From Heterodontus francisci (lineage: Eukaryota), in assembly GCF_036365525.1 (NCBI RefSeq), contig NC_090404.1:3348001-3412000 (forward strand): a stretch of DNA of 64,000 nucleotides. The letters are read 5' to 3'. The notes below the pieces were generated by a model. It was not told where the DNA came from, did no database searches, and saw only the letters and a list, made by a program, of their open reading frames with translations. The position numbers and the translations under genes were made by a program. Below are positions 36,932 through 47,921 of the stretch, piece by piece (position 1 is the stretch's first letter; each line of letters opens with the position of its first letter).

Positions 36932-39055
36932 TGTTTATGTGCAAGCCCGGGTCTGATTCATCTCACTGTGATCACGCGCACGATAATACCTACTGCTGTC
37001 TTTCACTGTCATTTTTTCAGTTCCTTCACGGGATGTGGATAGACCAGCATTTATTGCACATCCCTAATTGCCCTTGAGAAGGTGGTAGTGAGTTGCATCC
37101 TTGAACCGCTGCACTTCTTCGGGTGTAGCATCCACAGTGCTGTTCGGAAGGGAGTTCCAGTATTTTGACAGTGAAGGAGCGGCAATATAGTTCAAAGTCA
37201 GGATGGCGTGTGTCTTGGAGGGGAACTTGCAGGTGGTGGTGTTCCCATGCATCTGGTGCCCTTGTCTTTCTAGCTGGTAGAGGTTACGGGTTTGGACGGT
37301 GCTGTCTACGGAGCCTTGGTGCATTGCTGCAGTGCGTCTTGTAGATGGCATACACTGCTGCCGCTGTGCGTCGGTGGTAGAGGGAGTGAATGTTGAAGGT
37401 GGTGGATGGATTTCCAATCAAACTGGCTGCTTTGTCCTGGATCGTGTTGAACTTCTTGAGCGTTGTTGAAGCTGCAGCCATCCAGGAATGGGAGCGTATT
37501 CCATCGCAATCCTGCCTATGCCATATAGATGGTGAACAGGCATTAGGGAGACAGGAGGTGAGTCACCCGCTGCAGAATTCCCAGCCTCTGACCTGCTCTT
37601 GTAGTCACAGTATTTATGTGGTTGGACCAGATCAGTTTCTGGTCAATGGTAACCTCCAGGATGTTGATAGTGGGGGATTCAGCGATGCTAATGCCATGGA
37701 ACATCAAGGGTAGATGGTTAAATTCTCTCTTGTTGGAGATGGTTATGCCTGGCACGTGAATGGCACTTGCCACTAATCATCCCAAGCCTGGATGTTGTCC
37801 CAGTCTTGCTGCATCTGGACACTGGTGTTCTTCAATATCTGAGGAGTTGCAAATGGTGCTGAACATTAGGCAATCATCAGCAGACAGCGCACTTCTGACC
37901 AGATGGTTTAGGGATGGTTGATGAAGCAGCTGAAGGGAGTTGGGCCTAAGACACTAGCCTGAGGACCTCCTGCAATGATGTCCTTTGGCTGAGAGGATTG
38001 ACCTCCAACAACCACAACCATCTTCATTTGTGCTAGGTATGGCTTCAACTACCAGAGAGCTTTCCCACTGATTCCCATTGACTCCACTTTTACTAGGGCT
38101 CCTTGATGTCTCACTCGGTCAGCTTCTGCCTTGGTATCAAGGGCAGTCACTCTCACCTCACCTCTAGAGTTTAGCTCTTTTGCCCATCTTTGGACCAGGC
38201 TGTAATGAGGTCAGGAGCTGAGTGGCTCTGGAAGAACCCGAACTGAGTGGCAGTGGCCAGATAATTGCTGAGCAAGTGCTGCTTGATAGCACTATCAATG
38301 ACAACTTCCATCACTTTGCTGATGATCGAGAGTGGACTGTTGGGGTGGTAACTGGTCGGGTTGGCTGGTCCTGCGTTTTGTGAATAGGACATATATGGGC
38401 AATTTCCAGATTGTTGGGTAGATGTCAGTGTTGGTGCTGTACTGGAACAGCTTGGCTAGGGGGGACGGCTAGTTCTGGAGCACAAGTCTTCAGTACTTCT
38501 GCCAGAATGTTGTCAGGGCCCACAGCCTTTGCAGTATCCAGCACCTGCAGCCATTTCTTGATATCGCGAGGAATGCATTGGATTGACTGATGCTGGGGAC
38601 CTCAGGCGGAGGCCGAGATAGATCATCCACTTGACACTTCTGGCTCTCTCTTGATATCCAAAGTGAAGATATTGTTTGAAAGGTCTTTGGAAGCAGTAAC
38701 TTGTTCCCTCACCTCATTATTTTACAAATTTGTATCTTCAGTATGGTACCAAACTAACCAATCCAGACCGTTGCCAGGACCTTGCCAGTACCTGTACATC
38801 CGACAGCTTTCACGATTGACCCCATTGCTTTTACAAGTCAGTCTCAAGAACTGACGGGTCTCTGCCTCTGCTTGAGTTAACACAGCATTCAACTGGACAC
38901 CTATGAAAATTGAACTGCATTAAACATAGTGAAATGACTCCTGTCTCTTAACAGGCCCGGCAAGGTCCAAGATCGAAACAGAAATATTGGAAAAATTGGT
39001 GCTATGCACTGGATAGAAAAGCAAATAATAAACCGGGAGATGTTGGTGACATCAT
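36932..39055 (-). pseudogene. V5: IgM-VH-like V pseudogene split by a LINE (RSS 36932-36970, V 3' end 36971-37012, V 5' part ~38646-38900, leader 39010-39055)
   Basis: In-frame TAA, conserved W to R and YYC to YYR changes. RSS is CACAGTG-23-ACATAAACA. Confidence 0.88.
37013..38645 (-). mobile_element. L2/Crack-like LINE fragment inserted into V5 FR3
   Basis: QFGFFQSHSAPDLIT and IQDKAASLIG motifs. Same family as 2225-2936. Confidence 0.85.
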
Positions 39056-39592
39056 GCTTCTTTGCTCTCGGCTAAAGTTTGCAGCCGGCCGTCCAATCAC
39101 TCACCGAATAAACCAGTTGGCTGATTGTTGGATCACAATCCTCAGTCACGAGGGTTTACGCAACCGGGAGAGGGCGCGGGTCTGGCGACACAAACTATTG
39201 GCTGAATTCAATCTACGACGACAGCAAACATTTTACGCGATCGACAGCCTCATTATTAAAGGCAAATTGAAGAGAAATCCTTCTGCTTTAGTGAACAACA
39301 TTGTGTTAAAGCACGAATATTATTTAGTATTTAATATTTATATTGTTTCTCGGAATGTTTTAGCAAGATAGAATTATAGCATAACGCTGCACATGCGGAC
39401 CAAGCTGCTGTGCCGACGCTTTAAAAGATCTATCCATTTAGCCCCACTCCCCTGCTCCTTCCACAGTGCCATAGATGTTCCCGTTTGAACTGTAGCTTCA
39501 ATTCCCTTTTGAAATTACTATTGGATCTGCAGCCCACACCCATTCAAACAGTGCATTTCAGATCACAGCCGTGCAAAACTATATTCCTTCAG

Positions 39593-40206
39593 TAATAAAA
39601 ACAAGAAATGCTGGAACCACTCAGCAGGTCTGGCAGCATCTGTGAAAAGAGAAGCAGAGTTAACGTTTCGGGTCAGTGACCCTTCTTCGGATGTTTCGAA
39701 CCAGGACACCATACCAGGGTGTCGCGGAGGGAATGATCCCTTCGGAATGCTGACAGGGGAAGGGAGGGGAAGATGCATTTGGTAGTGGCATCACGCTGGA
39801 GGTGGTGGAAATGGCAGAGGATGATCCTTTGGATATGGAGGCTGATGGGGTGGAAAGTGAGGACATGGGGAACCCTGTCGCTGTTCTCGGAGGGAGGGGA
39901 ATGGGTGAATGTGGAGGTCCGGGAAATGAGCTGGACACGGTTGAGGGCCCTGTAAACCACAGTTGGGGCGGGGGGTGGAATCTTCGGTTGAGGAAAAAGG
40001 AAGACATATCAGAAGTGCTGTCATGGAATGTAGCATCGTCAGAGTAGATGCGTCAGAGATGGAGAAACTTGGAGAATAGAAAGGAGTCCTTACAGGAAGC
40101 AGGGTGTGAAGAATTGTAGTCGAGGTAGCTGTGGGAGTCGGTGGGTTTATAATGAATATTAGTAGGCAGCCTATCCCCAGAGATGGAGACAGAGAAGTCG
40201 AGGAAG
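39593..40206 (-). mobile_element. Penelope-like element fragment with pseudo-LTR
   Basis: RVPHVLTFHP...IFPSLPLSAFRRDHSLRDTLV linker motif. The pLTR contains CCGAAGAAGGGTCACTGACCCGAAACGTTAAC. Confidence 0.8.
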
Positions 40207-40828
40207 TCTATTGTATCTAGTAACAAAGGCACAGGCCTCGACCATTCAGCTTTTAGGAGCTTAAAAAGAGGAATCGGCCTTTCATCCCAGTGTATCTAAA
40301 GCAAGGGACCTAAAGGCGGATTACGGACCAAAGCGGTGACCTTCTTGTGGAGACAGAAAGCATGGCTGCGATACTATATGAGAATTTTGCTTTCAGCTTC
40401 ACTAAAGAACACGGTGCTTTCTTTTTAAAGCGAAGAGATAAGCACTAGAGCAACTCAGTAGCATTAAAATAGATAAAGAGGTAAGAGCTTGGAAGTGCTC
40501 AAAGTAGAGGCGACACAAATCCAGATGAGATGCATCCTGATATTTTGCCATCGATGCAGTATTCCAACGAAGTCGGACACCAAACCGCCCTAGTAAAATT
40601 GAGTTCAATGGGGATAAGTGCGAAATCTTTCCACTGACTGGAGGTATATCTGGCACAAAGGAAGATTGTTGCGGTTGTTAGAGGGCAGTCATCTCAGTTC
40701 CAGACAATCTACTAGTTCCAATCAAATTCTACTGCCTCATCAATCACTTTTCCTCCACCGTAAGGCCAGGAGTGGGGATGTTTGCTGATGATTGCACAGT
40801 GCGGAACCCGCTGCATTTCCGCCTGTTC

Positions 40829-40867
40829 GGTTTTTGGACAGATCTGGGTCTGATCTTTCTCACTGTG
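40829..40867 (-). other. V6 23-RSS
   Basis: CACAGTG-23-CCAAAAACC. Confidence 0.93.
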
Positions 40868-41339
40868 ATGCACTGCACAGTAATAAGTAGCGGAGTCTTC
40901 TATTGTCAAACTGCTGATAGCCAAAGTGAAGATATTGTTTGAAAGGTCTTTGGAAGCAATAACTCGATTTCTAAAGTCTTGATTATACTGTTTGTTGGCT
41001 TCATTATAGTACGAGACTATCCAATCCAGGCCCTTCCCGGGGCCCTGTCGGTACCAGAGCATCGTGTAGGTGCCGAGATCGAACCCGCTGGTTTTACAGG
41101 TCAGTATCAGGGATTGTCCCGGACGTCGCGTCTCTCCCTCTGGCTGAGTCAACACCACATCTGACTGAACACCTTTGAAAAAGAAAGAAGCATTAGTTAT
41201 GTGAAGTGACTCCTGGCTCTGAAGCACTCCCTGGAGGGATTCCCAGCCAAATGGAAATATTGGGAACAAGTGGGAAGTATTGTAGTGACGCACTGGATAG
41301 AACACCCAGCAAGAGGCTGAGAGATATTGTTGACCTCAT
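40868..41339 (-). CDS. V6: IgM-VH-like germline V segment, apparently functional (leader 41294-41339, V exon 40868-41172)
   Basis: [30 protein letters not shown]...WYRQ...[14 protein letters not shown] intron and RSS present. Confidence 0.92.
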
Positions 41340-41989
41340 GCTTCCTGGCGCTTCGTTCAATTATGCAGCCGTTCCTCCAGTCACTCGCCGAGCAAAGTAG
41401 TTGGCGGACTGTTTGATTCCGGTCCTTAGTCACGGGGTTTATGAAAGCAGCAGAGGGGGCGGGTTTGAAGGTAAAAACTATTGGTTGCTGCAACCGACGT
41501 CGAATTCAAAAACATGACGGCATCCACATCAACACAAACAGGGCGTTAATAATGGGACATTACTAAAGTTGACATATTGAACAGTACTCGTTATGATTTA
41601 AGTAGTAGCACTCCATAACGCGCAGCTATGTTATGTTGCAATAAATGCTGATGTTGGTTTGAGGACTGTATTTGGTAAAATAGAATTATAAAGTCATAGA
41701 ATGCAGAAGGCGATCATTGGTCACAAGCTGCTGCCCCGAATCTTTGAGTTGGCTTCCACAACCCATTCCGATAGTGCATCCAGATCACAGCGACCTGTAA
41801 ATGTCTTGGGAGCAGATTCAATAGTATAATTCAAAAGGCAATTGAATAAATATAAGGACGGGGAGGGAAGGACTATAGGGAAGAAAGCAGGGGAGTGGAA
41901 TTAACTGATTAACCCACCGACCACTCTGCACAGGCACCAATAGACGATGGCCTCTTTTTACGCTGTGTGCTTCGATGATTCTATGTATT

Positions 41990-42475
41990 ATAGAATCATA
42001 GAAGGTTTAAGGCTCAGAAAGAGGCCATTTGGCCCATCGTGTCTGTGCTGGCCGAAAAACGATACACCTATTCTAATCCCACATTCCAGTATTTGGTCTG
42101 TAGCACTGCAGATTACGGCAATTGAGATGCCTATCGATACTCCTTTTGAATCAGTTGAGGGTTTCTGCCTCATCTACCCTTTGAAGCAGTGAGTTCCAGA
42201 CCCCCATCACCCTCTAGGTGAAAAGGGTTTTCCTCATCTCCCCTATGATTTTTCTACCAATCACTTTAAATCTAGTCACTGACCTCTGCTATGGTGAATG
42301 CACCCTTCACCTCCACTCTATCCAGGCCCCTGAAAATTTTGTACATTTCAATCAGATCTCCCCTCAGCCTTCCCTGTTCCAAGGAGAACAACCCCAGCCT
42401 ATCCAATCTTTCCTCATAGCTGCATTTATCTAGTCTTGGCAACATCCTCGTAAATCTCCTCTCTACCCTCTCTAG
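41990..42475 (-). mobile_element. CR1 LINE 3' fragment
   Basis: LERVERRFTRMLP...YEERLDRLGLFSLE..RLRGDLIEMYKI. Confidence 0.85.
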
Positions 42476-42782
42476 TGGTTGAATAGCTTGGTTAGGTGTT
42501 TTGATGAAGTAACTCAGAGGGTGCATAAGGATGGGTCTGTTCATGCTGCGCATATGGATGTTCAAAAGGTGTTTGATAGACTGTCATATAAAATACTTTT
42601 TAGCAAAATTAAAGCCCACAGAATATATGGGGCAGCGGCTGCTTGGATACAATATTATCAGAATATTAGCCGAATGGGCTCCTCTTTCTTCTCTGTATAA
42701 TTCTATGATTCTGTGAACGGCTGTCCACGGTGGATTTATTGGTGTTTGATAATGACGGAAACTGCTGCATTTCTGCTTGTTC

Positions 42783-43257
42783 GGTTTCTGTACAGATCTG
42801 GGGCTGATCCGTCTCACTGTGATCCCGTGCACAATAGTATGTGGCGGAGTCTTCCAATGTCAATGTCCAGATATTCAAAACGAATATATTGTTTGAAAGA
42901 TCTTTGGAAGCAATAATTCGATCTCTAACCTCTTGATTGTACTGATTGCTGTATTCAGTATAATACGAAACGATACCAGGACATCCAATAGCTGCCGAGA
43001 TTGAACCCGCTGCTTTTACAGGTCAGTGACCGGGATTGTCCGCCACGCTGCGTCTCTGCCTTTGGCTGAGTCAACACCACATCCGACTGGACAGCCTTAA
43101 AATGAAAAAAAAAGGCATTATTTATGGTGAACTGACTCTTGAAACTGTATCACCCCGGGAGGGATTAACAACCAAACAGAAACATTGGGAAGAATTGGGA
43201 AGAATTCTTGTTACGCACTGGATAGGAAACCCAGCTGACAGATAATGGCGACCTCAT
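42783..43257 (-). pseudogene. V7: IgM-VH-like V pseudogene (32 bp FR2 deletion; leader 43219-43257, V exon 42822-43095, RSS 42783-42821)
   Basis: WYR is joined directly to the SYY region, giving a frameshift and stop. RSS is CACAGTG-23-ACAGAAACC. Confidence 0.9.
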
Positions 43258-44466
43258 ACTTCTTGGCCTTTGGCTAAATCATGCAGCTTCAGTCACTCAC
43301 TAAGCAAAGCGTATTGGTGGATCCGATCCTCAGTGACAGGGGTATATGAAACCGGCAGAAGGGGCGGTATTAACATCATTAATTATTGGTTGCATTCAAC
43401 CGACATCCAGAGGAAACACATGACAGCATCCACATCAACGCACACAGGGCGATTACAATGTCTCATTATTAAAGTTGGCAAATTGAACAGAATTCCTTCT
43501 GAGTTCAGTAATAACACTATAAAGTGCAAAGATGTTACTTAACATTAAATGCTAATGTTGTTTCCGGGGCTATCTTTATCAATATAAAATCATATAATTA
43601 TACAGCTCAGAAGGCGGCCATTCGGCAGACCGTGATGCTCCTACACTTTGAATCTGCTTCCAACACCCAGTCAGACAACTTCCTACAAGGTTCCTGGAAG
43701 AAGATTCAATAATAACATTCAAAAGAGAATTGGAGAAATGGTTGCGGGATAAAATACACAGGGCTACGGGGAAAGAATAGGCGAGTGGGATTATTTGACT
43801 AGCCCTACCAAATAACCCGCACAGGCACAATAGGCCGAATGACGTCCTTGTTTGCTGTAGAATCTAGGGGCTGGAGTTCATGCCCTCCCCCCAACCCCAC
43901 CCATCACCATAGGCCGGGTCGGAGGAGGTGGGACATCCCATAGAATAGCAACGGGTGCGGGGGATGGGGGGAGGGGGCAGGTGGATGGGTGGAAAGTCCA
44001 TCACCGCCCCTTTGCCAAACGATTTGCCCGGGATTGGGATAGGCCTACGACGGCCTTCCTGCCCAGAGGCCAATTGAGATTCTTAAGTGGCCTAATAACG
44101 GCCACATCGGGGCATCTTCCATCCGGCGCTGGATGTAAACAGCGGTGGGGGGTTTGGGAGGTGGGGTTCGTGCGGCGGTGTTGGGGGGTGCTCCGCCACG
44201 CGGGAAGGACGCTATGTAAAACGAGGCGCCCTCACTTTGGACTTGCGTGGGGTTGTGGGGTTCCCTCGTCTGTGGGCAATCTGTGGCCCACTGAGGGACC
44301 GGGCCAGGAAACAATCACCTCCCAGGAACCCCTCCCACTGGACAATAGAACCCCTCCCCCACGGCAACTGCACACCCCCCTCCCCCCCACCCCCCCCCCC
44401 CCCCCCCCCACCGGTGCCAGGGCCACCCACCCTGGCTATGGCAACCTCACATGATTTACCGGAGGT

Positions 44467-45750
44467 CAAAAAAGGAGAGAACAGTGAAACCAGAAATTAT
44501 AGGCGAGTCAGCCTAGGTCGGTGGTGGGAAAGTTTTAGTGTCATGAATGCGGGAGAATATTAAATTCTACTAGATCACAGATGGGTTAATAATTAAATGC
44601 CACCATGGCGTTTTACGCAAATTGTATTTGACTAACATGGTTGAGTTCTTTGATGCTGCAACGGACAGGCTGGATGAGGGTATTGCGTTTCATGCTGTAT
44701 GTAGACCTTCAAATGGTGTTTCAAAAAGTATACCCCATCATTAACTCACTAGAAAATTAACACCCATGTGATTTATGAGGCAGTGGCTGTCCCGATAGAA
44801 TGTTGCTAAGGGCGGAAAGGAGAGTCGTGGTGAACAGTTGCTTTACAGACCGGAAGAAATAACGCAGTGCTCTCCCCAGTGGCTGGTGTTGGGACCACAG
44901 CACTTCTTGACACATATGAATGACCTGGACTCGAGAATGAAAAGAAAAAGTAAAAGTTTGCAGCCGACACGAAAATCTTTAATGCAATACACTGTGAGGA
45001 GTATAGTAACAGACTGCAGAAGGGCGTAGGCAGTTTGGGGAAACAGGCAGACACTTGGCAGATGAAATTAAATGCAGAGAAGTGCCAAGTGATCAATTCT
45101 GCTCGGAAAAAGAGAGGTAACACAAACTGAAACGTACAATGTATATCGGGCAAAGGGTCAGAGTATCTTTGGAAGTGGCAGAAAAGGTTGACAAGGCCGT
45201 TAAGAAACAAAACTGGATCCTTAGCTTTAAAAATAAAGGCAAATTGTACAAAAGCAGGGAATTATGGTAACCGTTTAGAATACTCTGCGAATGGTTCAGC
45301 TGGAGTATAACACTTTATAGAGGATGTCAAGGTCTTATCGAGAGTGCAGAGGAGATTTCCTGCGATGGCAGCAGTAACGAAAAACTGTAGTTAGGTGTTG
45401 TTCTACCTCGAACAGTGAAGGTTAAGGGAAGATTCGATAGAATCCTTCGAATCCCTGGAGGCTTTGATAGAGTGTACAAGGAGAAAATGTGTCTGAGGGC
45501 AGAAGGGTAGTTAACCAGAGATCACAAATTGAATGTCATTGCCCTAAGACCCAGAGGTGACATGAGGATAAAAGGATTACACAGCAAGTTGTTATGAAAT
45601 GGAATAAACCACCTGGAAGGTTGGTTCAAATAAATTCAGCAATTGTTTTCAAAAGGGAATTGGCTAAATTCTCAAAAGGAAAAATAAATAGGATTACGAT
45701 TATGATGGGCTGAATGACCTCCTTCTTCTTTGTATAATTCTATGATTCGC
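44467..45750 (+). mobile_element. Old CR1 fragment (V cassette 3' flank), inverted paralog of 62040-63400
   Basis: Colinear similarity to the reverse complement of 62040-63400. Confidence 0.75.
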
Positions 45751-45821
45751 TGACCTGCTGTTAAAAGTGGATATATTTGTGTTTGATGATGGCAGGAACT
45801 ACTGCATTTCCGCTTGTTTGT

Positions 45822-45991
45822 TTTTTTTTCACAGATATGGGTCTGATCCGTCTCACTGTGTCCCGATGCACAATAATAAGTAACGCTGTCTTCCATTGTC
45901 AGTATCCTGATCTGCAAAGCGATGGTATTGCTTGAGAGCTCTTTGGAAGCAATAACTCGATCTCGAAAGTCTTGATTGCACTGACTGCTGC
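45822..45991 (-). pseudogene. V8: 5'-truncated V fragment (CDR2-FR3 plus RSS only)
   Basis: SSQCNQDFRDRVIASKELSSNTIALQIRILTMEDSVTYYCASG. CACAGTG-23 with a degenerate nonamer. Confidence 0.88.
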
Positions 45992-46174
45992 CACATAAAA
46001 GACTTTGTAGCAAAATTAAAGCCAATTGAATTCATGGGGTAGCGGCTGCTTGGATACAATATTATCGGAATAGTCACCGATTGGTCTCCATCGTCTTTGA
46101 TACTGTGAATTACTGTCCATGGTGCATTTTTTGGTGGTTGATCATGGCAGAAGTTGCTGCATTTGCTCCTGTTC

Positions 46175-46213
46175 GGATTTTGTACAGATCTGGGCCAGAT
46201 CCGTCTCACTGTG
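46175..46213 (-). other. V9 23-RSS
   Basis: CACAGTG-23-ACAAAATCC. Confidence 0.93.
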
Positions 46214-46681
46214 CTCCTTTGCACAATAATAAGTAGCGGAGTCTTCCATTGTCAATGTCATGATAAGTAAAGCGAAGATATTGTTTGAAAGGTCTTTGGA
46301 AGCAACAACGCGATCTCTAACCTCTTGATTGTACCGATTGCTGTTTGCACTATCGTATGAAACTAGCCATTCCAGGCCCTTCCCGGGACCTTGTCGGTAC
46401 CAATACATCCAGTACCTGCCGAGATTGAACCCGCTGGCTTTACAGGTCAGTGTCAGGGATTGTCCGGAACGCCGCGTCTCTGCCTCTGGTTGAGTCAATA
46501 CAACATCAGATTGGACACCTTTAAAATGAAAAAAAAACATGAATTATGGTGCAGTGACTCCTGGCTCTCTAACACATCCGTGAGGCATTCACAGCGAGAA
46601 ACGTGGGAACAATGTCAGGAACTGCAACTACGCACTGTATAGGAAACCCAGCAACAGGCTGAGATAGATTGGTAACGTCAT
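46214..46681 (-). CDS. V9: IgM-VH-like germline V segment, apparently functional (leader 46636-46681, V exon 46214-46518)
   Basis: [30 protein letters not shown]...[12 protein letters not shown]...[14 protein letters not shown] intron and RSS present. Confidence 0.92.
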
Positions 46682-47124
46682 GCTTCTTGACTCTTGTCTA
46701 AATTAGACATCCGTCCCTCCTGCCAAGCAGTTGGCTGATTGTTGGATCCCAATCCTTAGTCATGGGGATTTATGCAAACAGCAGAGGGGGCGGGTTTGAA
46801 GTCATAAACTATTGATTGCGTTCAACTGACGTAGAGAGCACGCACATGACGGCATCCTGTTTGTATTCGTTCATGGAATGTCTAATTGACCTTGAACTTA
46901 GTGCTTGCGAGGCCATTTAAGAGTCAACCACATTGCTGTGGGTCTGGAGTTACATGTAGGCCAGACCAGACGGCAGATTTCCATCCCTCAAGGACATTAG
47001 AGAACCAGAGGGGCTTTTGCAACAATCGCCATTAAACTAGCTTTTTAATTTCAGATTTATTAACTAAATTCAAATTTCACCATCTGCTGTGGTGGAATTC
47101 GAACCCAGGTTTCCCAAGCACTAG

Positions 47125-47263
47125 TTAAACCTTTGAAGGGTCACTGACCTGAAAAGGTAACTCTGCTTCTATCTCCCCGGATGCTGCTCGACTTGCGAAG
47201 TAATTCCAGCATTTCTTGTTTTTATTTCAGATTTCCAGTATCTGCAGTATTTTGCTTTTATTT
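47125..47263 (+). mobile_element. Penelope pseudo-LTR-derived short insertion
   Basis: TSD CCAAGCACTAG at 47114-47124 and 47264-47274. Similar to 35740-35867. Confidence 0.75.
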
Positions 47264-47640
47264 CCAAGCACTAGACCGGTGCTCTGCATTTCTAGTCCAG
47301 CGACATTGCCACTACGCCACAACCTCTCCCACATCAACGTAAACAGAGCAAATTGAAGAGTACACATGTCTTCATTTATCTCCTTAAATAGAGAATTCCT
47401 CATTCTCACTTCTCTCCAAGCAAACTAGCTTTCATGACTTCGTTGTCGAATTTATTACTTACCTTGCAGTTTTGGCTCTTAGATATGGTCTCCTCCACAA
47501 GTGGAAACATGTTTCTACCCTACGAATGCGTCTATTAGGTCACCGTTTTGTCTTTTTGTTTGGTGGAAATATCCACAGGCACTTGAATATTTCCTGATAA
47601 TTGTTTTTAGCAATGTCTAATTTTAGTACCAAAAAGGGGA

Positions 47641-47921
47641 ACCCTGGGAGTGTTTTATGGGACAGCGTAAAGAGAGCTTCAATCTGTATCTAACCCCTGT
47701 GCTGTACCTGCCCTGGGAGTGTTTGATGGGACATTATAGAGAGATCTTTACTCTATATCTAATCCCGAGCTTTACCTGTCCTGGGAATGTTTGAAGGGAC
47801 AATGTGGAGAGATTTTTACTCTGTATCTAACCCCATTTTTTTTGTTCCCCGTACTGTACCTGTCCTGGGAGTGTTTGATGGGGACAGTGTGGAGGGAGCT
47901 TTACTATGCATCTAACCCCCG
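47641..47921 (+). repeat. 68 bp satellite, about 4 units (left of Tx1)
   Basis: Unit GTGCTGTACCTGTCCTGGGAGTGTTTGATGGGACAGTGTAGAGGGAGCTTTACTCTGTATCTAACCCC. Confidence 0.9.

Noticed and set aside
43865-44460. GC-rich overlapping ORFs
   Set aside because: Low-complexity, repeat-like sequence with poly-C and no recognisable domain. It is probably an interspersed repeat I cannot classify.
47641-47921. CRISPR-like array
   Set aside because: Contiguous tandem 68 bp units with no unique spacers, in vertebrate DNA.
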